Assembly: GCA_942493095.1 (NCBI GenBank)
Contig: OW818675.1
Coordinates: forward strand, 2,700,001-2,732,000
Direction of reading: 5' to 3'
Origin: Candidatus Electronema halotolerans
GTDB lineage: Bacteria; Desulfobacterota; Desulfobulbia; Desulfobulbales; Desulfobulbaceae
Length of the DNA stretch: 32,000 bases
Below, piece after piece: positions 9,212 to 16,435 of the stretch (positions are counted from its first letter, which is position 1; every line of letters starts with the position of its first letter). The position numbers and the translations under genes are program-made. A model generated the notes under the pieces. That model was not told where the DNA came from. It made no database searches and was given only the letters and a program-made list of their open reading frames with translations.

Positions 9212-10177
9212 ATGAAAACAGCTCTGATCAGCGGCGCATCCGGTCAGGATGGAGCTTATCTCGCCCAACTGCTTTTGGAAAAAGGCTATGCTGTCTATGG
9301 CGCATCCCGCGATGCCCAGACCTGCTCTTTTGCCAACCTGCGGCGGCTGGGCATCCGGGAGCAGGTGCGGCCCCTGTCCTTGGCAGTCAATGATTTCCGC
9401 AGTGTGCTTCAAGCCTTGCAGGCGGCAGAGCCGGACGAAGTCTATAATCTTGCCGGGCAGAGTTCAGTCGGCCTGTCTTTTGAGCAGCCAGTGGAAACCT
9501 TGGAGAGCATCAGCACCGCAGCCCTCAATTTTCTGGAGGCGATCCGTTTCACCGGGCGGCAGATTAAGTTCTACAATGCCGGCTCAAGCGAATGCTTTGG
9601 CGACACTGGCAGCCGGGCGGCGGATGAGGAGACTCCTTTCCGGCCCCGCAGCCCGTATGCGGTGGCCAAGGCCTCAGCCCATTGGATTGTGGCCAACTAC
9701 CGGGAAGCCTACAATCTTTTTGCCTGCACCGGCATTCTTTTCAACCATGAGTCGCCACTCCGGCCTGAACGTTTTGTCACCGGCAAGATCATTGCTGCAG
9801 CCTGCCGGATTGCAGCGGGCAGTCAGAAAAAGCTGTTCTTAGGCAATCTGGACATCCGCCGCGACTGGGGCTGGGCACCGGAATATGTGCAGGCCATGCA
9901 CCTGATGCTCCAGCAAGACATGCCGCAGGACTATGTCATCGCCACAGGGCGCAGCCATTCGCTGGAGGACTTTGTCCGTCTTGCCTTTGAGGAGCTGGGG
10001 CTGGACTGGCGCGAACATCTGGTGGCGGATAAAACCCTGCTCCGTCCGACCGACATCCGCGAAGGCCGGGGCAATCCGGCCAAGGCGGCGCAGGAGCTGG
10101 GCTGGCAGGCGAGGTTCCAGTTGGAGGATGTGGTGCGGGGCATGCTCAAGGGAGAGCAGGAGAAGCAGAGTCAGTAG
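9212..10177 (+). CDS. gmd: GDP-mannose 4,6-dehydratase
   Basis: MKTALISGASGQDGAYLAQLLLEKGY (Rossmann GxxGxxG), NHESPLR, and DWGWAPEYV typical of Gmd. The start was moved to ATG 9212, which follows an AGGAAA. Confidence 0.9.
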   Translation: MKTALISGASGQDGAYLAQLLLEKGYAVYGASRDAQTCSFANLRRLGIREQVRPLSLAVNDFRSVLQALQAAEPDEVYNLAGQSSVGLSFEQPVETLESISTAALNFLEAIRFTGRQIKFYNAGSSECFGDTGSRAADEETPFRPRSPYAVAKASAHWIVANYREAYNLFACTGILFNHESPLRPERFVTGKIIAAACRIAAGSQKKLFLGNLDIRRDWGWAPEYVQAMHLMLQQDMPQDYVIATGRSHSLEDFVRLAFEELGLDWREHLVADKTLLRPTDIREGRGNPAKAAQELGWQARFQLEDVVRGMLKGEQEKQSQ

Positions 10178-10851
10178 GGCCGCTGTCCTGCGACATTGCC
10201 GGGCGGATCATAATGACAGACCCATATTTGTTTTTTACTGGGGCAGACAGAGATCGCGCAGCCCACCCTCCTTGTATTCCGCCAGACAATTTGCGTGTAG
10301 TGGCCGCAGATGTCAGAAGAACAAGTGTTGCTGGCATAGTCATAGTATTGGATTTCGCTGGCCCATCTGTCAACAATTTCAGCGATATGCTTCTGCTGCA
10401 CCTCAGCCCTGCCGTCAGGCCAGACCACTGCCGCCGCCTGATAGATGTTTTCACCGTAGCCGCTGTTACCGTGCTGGATGAGACAGCCGCCCCTGCCGCT
10501 CAGATAATCAGCCCATTCCTGCGCGGTCTGCGCCAGATGCTCTGACCACTGCAAAGGCGGCTCCCAGGCAGCTCTCCGCCAGCGGTTATGCGCGGCCAGC
10601 ACTGCGGTCGGATCAAGGAGGCCAGTTTGTGCCTGCAAATCCGAACCACTGTAATACGGCGCAGCTCCTCTGCCGTAATAGGCGGTGGCTGGAGAGTATT
10701 CCTCAACAGGCGTTGCGCCGTCGTCCTTCACTATCCAGATGCCGTCAGCGTCCTGATAGTAGGAAGCGGCACTGTTCTGGCTGGTGCAGACGGCAAGGGA
10801 GAGCAGGAGGGAAAACAGCGTTATTTTCTGACAAGACAATGAGATTGGCAT
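10171..10851 (-). CDS. secreted CAP / SCP / PR-1-like domain protein
   Basis: Signal-like N-terminus, then HNRWR...PLQWSEHLAQTAQEWADYL...GENIY...GHYTQIVWRNTRRVGCA...VCHYDPPGN, the classical CAP-domain motifs. Confidence 0.8.
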   Translation of the reverse strand: MPISLSCQKITLFSLLLSLAVCTSQNSAASYYQDADGIWIVKDDGATPVEEYSPATAYYGRGAAPYYSGSDLQAQTGLLDPTAVLAAHNRWRRAAWEPPLQWSEHLAQTAQEWADYLSGRGGCLIQHGNSGYGENIYQAAAVVWPDGRAEVQQKHIAEIVDRWASEIQYYDYASNTCSSDICGHYTQIVWRNTRRVGCAISVCPSKKQIWVCHYDPPGNVAGQRPY

Positions 10852-10988
10852 GACTGCTCATGGCTTTCAGGTTGCTGGGAGAACGAACCTGCCCTGTTCC
10901 GCAGTTGGCAACGGCAGTGCAAGCCCCTGGATGCGTATCTGATCATACCCGATCAGGCGCAGGCAGGACAGCGAATTTTGTGCCGGGT

Positions 10989-11013
10989 GGCAAAGAAGCT
11001 GCGCGGGGAAAAA
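10989..11013. repeat. direct repeat copy 1 (GGCAAAGAAGCTGCGCGGGGAAAAA)
   Basis: Read directly. It matches copy 2 at 11122-11145 with 2 substitutions and 1 indel. Confidence 0.6.
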
Positions 11014-11121
11014 TCAGGACAGGCACAGGGACGCGGCATTGCGTGGGCCGTAGGGGCGGCCCTCTGTGGCGACCCGGTATTTCCCGTTATCCCATAATGT
11101 TGCAACCGGACAGGGCCGGGC

Positions 11122-11145
11122 GGAAAAGAATCTGCGCGGGAAAAA
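11122..11145. repeat. direct repeat copy 2 (GGAAAAGAATCTGCGCGGGAAAAA)
   Basis: Read directly, 133 nt from copy 1. Both copies lie in the 311-nt spacer between the caspase gene's stop and the CAP gene's start. Confidence 0.6.
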
Positions 11146-11162
11146 GAGGCAAAAAAACAAAA

Positions 11163-12617
11163 TCACTGTCCGCCGCGCACCAACCGGACCGCGTAGGAGT
11201 TGACGCGAACGTCGTAGTAGGAACCGCTGTAGAGGAAACTGACGAACCACGCGTAGCCCGAGTTGTCAGCATACGGCGAACCGGACCAGACAACAAATTT
11301 TGCCTCAGCATTCGGAAAAGCCTGCTGGTTGATCATCGGTCTTTCCGACCCCTCGTTGCAGCGACCACTCTCTTTGTCTGCCACTCCCTTGCTGCAATGC
11401 ACCAAGGTTTTCAGCTCATCAATGGTTGGCAGCCGCCAATCAGAATATCCTGCATATTCAACATTTTTGAAACGTTCAACCGCCTCATTCCATGTATAGG
11501 TTTTCACCTTTCCCTCTTCACAATTCACCCCTTCCAACCCTTCCAAACAGCGTTTCCACATCAAGCCAGTTTTCGTGTCAGTGACCGTTCCGTCGCCATG
11601 ATCAATATATTGCCCGATTGTTCTGCCTTTCTGCGGCTCAGGCGCGGCATGATGGGCAAAGCAAGTCCGCAGCCACTGCTCCGTGAACAGCAGCGGACTG
11701 ATCTTTGCCCCGGCGAGCTGTTCAATCAGCAGGAAACACTTCTGATCTTTCGCGGTCATCTCCCGCTTGGGGATGGAGAGCAGCTGCACCGCCTCCACGA
11801 CGATGCCGTCAGTCAGCTTGTCCTGCGCGGCCAGCTCAAAGAGCGTTTTCCGGGCCGCCTGCAGCCGCTTCTCCCGCGACTCTGTGCCGCTGCGGGAGAT
11901 GATCAGTTTGCCGCCAGCCTGAAGGTGCCATTGCAGCGGCTCCTGCTGCCCGCCTTCCTCCCGGATTTTCTCGCGCACATATTCGTGCAGCTCGGTCATG
12001 TCAACCCAGCCGTCCTCGTTCCTGTCCGCCTCGCCAGTGCGGATGCCCGCAAGCAGATGCTTGGTGAACAGGCTGTGCTGGTCGCCCTCTTTTTCAAACG
12101 CTTCCTGAACGCCGGTCGAAGCGGTCATGATGAAGGTGCCGCGCCCCTCCGCCATAAGCTGAAGCTGGCCGTCAACGCCGCCTTTGGCAAAATCCTTGCC
12201 CACCGCGCCGCTGTAGCAGCAGTCCAAAATGAGGACTTTTTTCCTGACAGAATACTCGTCAAACAGGGACTTGACCGCTTCCGCCGGAATGGAGGTGGTG
12301 CGGAGCGTTTTCAGTTTGGTGTCCGCAGTCGCAAAGCAGAGCTTCCCGAACAGACTGGTTTTGCCGTGCCCGGAAAAATAGACCAGCACCAGATCATTGC
12401 CGCCCGCATCGGCCAGAACGCTTTCAATTCCCACCAGCACCTCATGGCTGGAATCGTTCTTGAAAACAACGGTCTCGGTGAACCTGCCCAAGTCCGGCGA
12501 GACCAGCAGCTCGTTGAGCGCGTCAACGTCGTTCTCCGGGCAGCGCAGCTCAGTCAGGCCCGGCTCGTCCGGGAACTTGCTGCCAGCTATGAGGATGGCG
12601 AATCGCTTTCCGGCCAT
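11163..12617 (-). CDS. caspase-like peptidase (C14) with an EF-hand-like loop and a C-terminal DUF1566 (Lcl C-terminal, lectin-like) domain
   Basis: N-terminal KRFAILIAGSKF. Catalytic His in YFSGHG (His codon 12366-12368) and Cys in ILDCCYSG (Cys codon 12216-12218). DRNEDGWVDMTE fits the 12-residue EF-hand loop pattern. The C-terminus TGLMWKRC...YTWNEAV...GYSDWRLPTIDELKTL...VRLVRGG matches DUF1566. Confidence 0.9.
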   Translation of the reverse strand: MAGKRFAILIAGSKFPDEPGLTELRCPENDVDALNELLVSPDLGRFTETVVFKNDSSHEVLVGIESVLADAGGNDLVLVYFSGHGKTSLFGKLCFATADTKLKTLRTTSIPAEAVKSLFDEYSVRKKVLILDCCYSGAVGKDFAKGGVDGQLQLMAEGRGTFIMTASTGVQEAFEKEGDQHSLFTKHLLAGIRTGEADRNEDGWVDMTELHEYVREKIREEGGQQEPLQWHLQAGGKLIISRSGTESREKRLQAARKTLFELAAQDKLTDGIVVEAVQLLSIPKREMTAKDQKCFLLIEQLAGAKISPLLFTEQWLRTCFAHHAAPEPQKGRTIGQYIDHGDGTVTDTKTGLMWKRCLEGLEGVNCEEGKVKTYTWNEAVERFKNVEYAGYSDWRLPTIDELKTLVHCSKGVADKESGRCNEGSERPMINQQAFPNAEAKFVVWSGSPYADNSGYAWFVSFLYSGSYYDVRVNSYAVRLVRGGQ

Positions 12618-12973
12618 AACTGTTTCACTGCCTGAAGCGTCTGCTCAATCTGCTCCGGTCTGAGATGCTCGGCCTCAAGTTTCAGCTTCCTGCCATCCGG
12701 CACCTCAAGCTCAATCCGCAGCATTGGCTTCCGCTCAACGTAGGATTTTAGCACCTGCAACAAGGTCACGACCGTGCCACCGGAACCCAAAGCAACAAGA
12801 GCAATCTGGCCAATACTGACAAAATCGCCTTTGGCGCCAAGTCCGCCTGCGGTTTCAACCTGCCGTGCGGTCAGCTCAGTCTCTTGCTCAATGTCATGCC
12901 GCAGCCTGCCTGTCAGCTCGGCAATGTCCTCAGCCGTCATGCTGCTGTCGTGAAGGGAAAGTGTCGCGTTCAT
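12587..12973 (-). CDS. EACC1-like small protein (effector-associated constant component 1)
   Basis: 128 aa. It has an acidic N-terminal part, a Gly-rich hydrophobic core (IGQIALVALGSGGTVVTLLQVL), then a charged tail (RKPMLRIELEVPDGRKLKLEAEHL). This matches the EACC1 family pattern as I remember it. The start was moved to ATG 12973, preceded by AAAGGAGA. The 3' end overlaps the caspase start by 31 nt. Confidence 0.75.
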   Translation of the reverse strand: MNATLSLHDSSMTAEDIAELTGRLRHDIEQETELTARQVETAGGLGAKGDFVSIGQIALVALGSGGTVVTLLQVLKSYVERKPMLRIELEVPDGRKLKLEAEHLRPEQIEQTLQAVKQLWPESDSPSS

Positions 12974-12991
12974 AAACTGTCTCCTTTCATT

Positions 12992-13038
12992 AAAAAGTGG
13001 GGCGGATTTATTTTCAAATAATAAATCCGCCCCCTTTT
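12992..13038 (-). terminator. strong hairpin with flanking T/A runs (bidirectional intrinsic-terminator-like)
   Basis: GGGGCGGATTTATT (12999-13012) pairs perfectly with AATAAATCCGCCCC (13020-13033) across a 7-nt loop. AAAAA lies at 12992-12996 (a T-run on the minus strand) and TTTT at 13035-13038. On the minus strand it lies downstream of panC and the mini-ORF, and 8 nt upstream of the EACC1 Shine-Dalgarno sequence. Confidence 0.6.
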
Positions 13039-13092
13039 GCTTAAAAAGATTGCCAGTCATTGCTTTGGAATAATCAATTCTGCAATAATTCC

Positions 13093-13281
13093 TTAATCCT
13101 GATTTTTTGTCGCATCATAAGCTGAACTGGCTGCATAATCCTGTCCATCCAAATTTTCCTCTACAGAAGAAATTGCAAGCGGCTCATCTGTCCATTGACT
13201 CAATGTCTTGAGGCTCTTGCAGAAATTGAGACTAAAATGCTCCTCAACTTCGGCAATGGTCCATTTGGAGAAAGATTTCAT
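13093..13281 (-). CDS. small acidic hypothetical protein (62 aa), possibly a gene remnant
   Basis: ATG 18 nt after the panC stop, with GGAAG upstream. The patch is low in GC (one 60-nt line counted at 37%). No domain recognised. Confidence 0.3.
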   Translation of the reverse strand: MKSFSKWTIAEVEEHFSLNFCKSLKTLSQWTDEPLAISSVEENLDGQDYAASSAYDATKNQD

Positions 13282-13299
13282 AGCAAAACTTCCGTATGT

Positions 13300-14151
13300 T
13301 TAACTCAGCACCCGCCCATTATCAATCAGTCGCACTTTGCCGCCGATCTTCACCGCCAAAGCCAGCACGGTATCTTTATCCACTTCAGCAACTTCCTGCA
13401 CGGTCTGCTGATGAACAAAGCTGATATAATCCACCGCTGTTTCCGGGAAAGAATGGATGAACTCCCGCAGCGCCGTAGTCAGCTTGGCCGGGCTTCGTTC
13501 ACCCTCAGCAGCCATTTTGCGGGCCAAAGCAAGAGCGCGGGACAGACTGAGCGCGGCCTCCCGCTGCTCCGGGGCAAGATAGCTGTTGCGCGAACTCATG
13601 GCCAAGCCGTCCGCCTCCCGGACAATGGGATGACCGACAATCTCAACGCCCAGATTCAGATCAGCGGTCATCCGGCGGATCACGGCAAGCTGCTGAAAAT
13701 CCTTCTCACCAAAAACCGCCAGATCAGGCCGGATTATGTTGAAGAGCTTGCAAATCACGGTGGCCACTCCGGCAAAATGACCGGGCCGGGACGCGCCGCA
13801 GAGCTGGCTGGTCAGCTCCTTGCCAACCGTCACCGTGGTGCTGTGCCCGGCTGGATACATTGCTGCCGCGTCCGGGGCAAAGAGCACTGCCACGCCTTCG
13901 CCTGCCGCCATTGCCTGGTCGCGCTCAAAATTGCGCGGATAGGTGGCCAAATCCTCCTGCGGGCCAAACTGGGTCGGATTGACAAAAAGACTGACCACGA
14001 CCAAATCAGCGCGGCGGGCCGCCAGCCGCATCAGGCTGAGATGCCCTTCGTGGAAAAAACCCATAGTCGGCACCAAGCCAATGCTGCGCCCGGCCTGCAG
14101 CTGCTCTTTGGCCCAAGCCGTCATCTCGGCTGGCTGGCGGATGATGCGCAT
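13300..14151 (-). CDS. panC: pantoate--beta-alanine ligase
   Basis: LVPTMGFFHEGHLSLM (HxGH motif), FVNPTQF and FGEKDFQQ are typical of PanC. 283 aa. Confidence 0.92.
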   Translation of the reverse strand: MRIIRQPAEMTAWAKEQLQAGRSIGLVPTMGFFHEGHLSLMRLAARRADLVVVSLFVNPTQFGPQEDLATYPRNFERDQAMAAGEGVAVLFAPDAAAMYPAGHSTTVTVGKELTSQLCGASRPGHFAGVATVICKLFNIIRPDLAVFGEKDFQQLAVIRRMTADLNLGVEIVGHPIVREADGLAMSSRNSYLAPEQREAALSLSRALALARKMAAEGERSPAKLTTALREFIHSFPETAVDYISFVHQQTVQEVAEVDKDTVLALAVKIGGKVRLIDNGRVLS

Positions 14152-14871
14152 TTACTTCAGCAACCGGTTCAGGCTGGCTTGGACAATCTCCTGCTCCGGG
14201 AAATTCCGGGGCATCGCGTCGTCATTTTTATTTTTGCCCATTTCTGTCAGGCCCATGTACTGCTGATAGACCTGCACGGCCTTGCTGCTGTCGCCTTTTG
14301 CCTCATAGACCCGGCCCAAGCTGTCCAAGGCCATCGGCTCAAAACCCTTGATGTCTTTGAGCTGCTGATACACGCTTTCCGCCTTGTCAAACTGCTTCTC
14401 CTGCTCATAGAGACTGCCCAAGTTGACCAAAAGCAGCGGTTTGAGAGGGCTTTTCGTCTTCACCTCTTGTTCCGCAGCCGTGAGCCGCTCAATCGCGCCT
14501 TTGAAGTTTTTCTCCTCCTGCTCAAGATGAGCCAAGGCGATGCGGCTCCAGAGCGCGGCAGGCGTGGAGCTATAGTTGTCAGTAATCTTTTGCAAGGCAG
14601 CCTTTTGCTCCTCCGCCTTTTCCAGCTCCACAGCCTGATCATAAGCTGCTGCCGCCTTGTTCAAGACATGATTGCGCCATGTGCTGTACAGGGCCGCTGC
14701 TGTGACCACCACGGCGACCGCGATGACCACTCTCCAGATGATGCGCTGATTTTTTTGAAGAAAGGTGACTAAGGCCGGAGGGAGCTGAAGCTGATCAAGG
14801 ACACCAGGGGTGCCGACAGCCGCTTGATCCTCTAATTTCACATGAAATACGTTCCGCGATTTGTCTGCCAT
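14152..14871 (-). CDS. membrane-anchored TPR-like protein (YfgM-like architecture)
   Basis: One N-terminal TM segment (IIWRVVIAVAVVVTAAALY) followed by helical repeats rich in A/Y/E/K (ALWSRIALAHLEQE..., LGSLYEQEKQFDKAESVYQQ). The stop codon directly abuts the panC start. ATG 14871 is preferred over the TTG at 14889. Confidence 0.65.
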   Translation of the reverse strand: MADKSRNVFHVKLEDQAAVGTPGVLDQLQLPPALVTFLQKNQRIIWRVVIAVAVVVTAAALYSTWRNHVLNKAAAAYDQAVELEKAEEQKAALQKITDNYSSTPAALWSRIALAHLEQEEKNFKGAIERLTAAEQEVKTKSPLKPLLLVNLGSLYEQEKQFDKAESVYQQLKDIKGFEPMALDSLGRVYEAKGDSSKAVQVYQQYMGLTEMGKNKNDDAMPRNFPEQEIVQASLNRLLK

Positions 14872-15032
14872 GCGTCTTCTCTCAAGCAAAGGATGAATTT
14901 TTTTTGGAATGCTGAAAATCGGAGATTGGAGCGAATTATACCGTGCATTTTCAAAAAAAGCATATATCTTTTATTGAGCGTTGTTTCCCGATCACAACCA
15001 TGCTGAAGAGACCTTATGGAGGAGCAGCAGGC

Positions 15033-15824
15033 ATGACAGCCCAAAAGAACCAAGCGGCAAAGCAGAAGAAGTTCTGGGAGAAAATGGCGGAGAAGTATCC
15101 GCTCCCTTTTGAGGAGAAGCATTTAGCCAAGACCAAGCGGATCATCAGCATGGCCGAGCAGCGCGGGGTGCGGATTGACGGCGCGGCCATTCTTGATGTC
15201 GGCTGCGGCACTGGGGTCTATTCCCTGCCGCTGGCCCAGCAGGCAGCCAATGTGGTCGGGCTTGATCTTTCTGAAGAGATGGCCCGCCGTTTTGCGGCCC
15301 AGCAGCAGGAGCAGAGCATAGAAAACGCCTCTGTCATCCAAAGCCCGTGGAACGATACCGCAGTTGCCGAACATGGCTGGGACAAGGCCTTTGACATTGT
15401 CTGGGCCGCCATGACTCCGGCAGTGCGCAGCCCGGAAGACTTGGCCAGAATGCACCGCTGCGCCCGGACTTGGTGCGTCTATATCGGCTGGGGCGGCCTG
15501 CGGCGCAATCCTTTTTTGGAGGAGGTCTATCAGGCCCACGGCCAGGTCTTTGGCCCGCCGCCCGGAGCCAAGGCCGTGCAGGCCCATCTCTCGGCAATGG
15601 GCATTGCGGCGGAAATCGAACTGATCCACGATCATTGGGATTGGGAAGGCACAGAGGAAGAAGCGGCTGCTCATGCGGAAGGCTTTCTTCATGCCCAGAC
15701 CGAAGCCGAGCCCCAGCCGAAGCTGATCCGGGAAATCATTGCCCGCTTCAGCACAGACGGCATGGTGCGCTGCCGCAGCGAGGTGGAAAAGGGACTGATC
15801 GTCTGGCAGGCGCCCGCGCCCTGA
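15033..15824 (+). CDS. class I SAM-dependent methyltransferase
   Basis: ILDVGCGTGVYSLPLA (motif I). The start was moved to ATG 15033, which is preceded by GGAGGA. Confidence 0.8.
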   Translation: MTAQKNQAAKQKKFWEKMAEKYPLPFEEKHLAKTKRIISMAEQRGVRIDGAAILDVGCGTGVYSLPLAQQAANVVGLDLSEEMARRFAAQQQEQSIENASVIQSPWNDTAVAEHGWDKAFDIVWAAMTPAVRSPEDLARMHRCARTWCVYIGWGGLRRNPFLEEVYQAHGQVFGPPPGAKAVQAHLSAMGIAAEIELIHDHWDWEGTEEEAAAHAEGFLHAQTEAEPQPKLIREIIARFSTDGMVRCRSEVEKGLIVWQAPAP

Positions 15825-15856
15825 TGCGCGGGCGGCATTATGTTGATTTTTCCTTA

Positions 15857-15885
15857 TTGACAGAAGCAGACTATCTTCGTATGTT
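15857..15885 (+). promoter_or_regulatory. sigma-70-like promoter candidate for the cytochrome c gene
   Basis: TTGACA (15857-15862), a 17-nt spacer, then TATGTT (15880-15885), ~85 nt upstream of ATG 15971. Confidence 0.35.
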
Positions 15886-15970
15886 GTGAGCAAAGCACAT
15901 TGAGGTGCAATCAATGCGCCTCAGCAAGCAAACTTCAAACGCACTAATGCCTTGAGCAAGGAGAAGAAGC

Positions 15971-16294
15971 ATGAAAGCCCCAATTTTTGTTGCCGCCGCC
16001 GCATGTCTGCTGGTTGCCGGCACTGCTTTCGCAAGCCAGGACCTGTTCAACAAAAACAACTGCGCCCTGTGCCACAAGCCCACGCCGGACGAAAAAGGGA
16101 TGGGACCTTCTTTGAAGGACATCGCTGCTAAGTATAAGGATGATGCGGATGGCGCCAAGAAGATTCAAGAGGCCATCAAGAATGGCAGCAAAGGCGCATG
16201 GGGTGAGAACTCCATGATGGTTCCGCAGGCCGCAGTCAGCGATGACGATGCCAAGGCAATCGCCACATGGATAAAGTCTTTGGCTGGTGAGTAA
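15971..16294 (+). CDS. periplasmic class I c-type cytochrome (c551/c552-like)
   Basis: Signal peptide (MKAPIFVAAAACLLVAGTAFA), one CALCH haem-binding motif, a distal Met region (NSMMVP), and AAGGAGAA upstream of the ATG. Confidence 0.85.
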   Translation: MKAPIFVAAAACLLVAGTAFASQDLFNKNNCALCHKPTPDEKGMGPSLKDIAAKYKDDADGAKKIQEAIKNGSKGAWGENSMMVPQAAVSDDDAKAIATWIKSLAGE

Positions 16295-16318
16295 TTCATC
16301 TGCCTGATGCGTCGTGCC

Positions 16319-16341
16319 GCAGGGTCAGTCCTTGACCCTGC
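16319..16341 (+). terminator. hairpin downstream of the cytochrome c gene (weak terminator candidate)
   Basis: GCAGGGTCA (16319-16327) pairs with TGACCCTGC (16333-16341). No clear T-run follows, hence the low confidence. Confidence 0.3.
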
Positions 16342-16435
16342 GCAAACCTTCCGTTATTATCTGGTCTTCATTCCCGTCCCTGTCAGCAGTTTTTTTCTCT
16401 GACACCCTTTGCCTCAGACTCCAAGGAGCATCAGC

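Noticed and set aside
11163-11300. 3' end of the caspase-DUF1566 gene as a DGR variable region
   Set aside because: The lectin-fold C-terminus rich in Tyr/Ser/Asn is suggestive. However, I found no second copy (template repeat) of this stretch in the 311-nt downstream spacer or elsewhere in the window. No reverse transcriptase gene is present either. This can only be settled genome-wide.
10860-12635. 591-aa ORF on the plus strand
   Set aside because: It runs antisense to the caspase gene and continues through the 311-nt spacer. The translated sequence is Arg/Gly/Ala/Pro/Leu-rich with no motifs, which is typical of shadow ORFs opposite GC-rich genes. The minus-strand product has strong domain signatures.
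13195-14772. 525-aa ORF on the plus strand
   Set aside because: It is antisense to panC and the TPR gene, both of which have convincing motifs. This is a shadow ORF with low-complexity composition.
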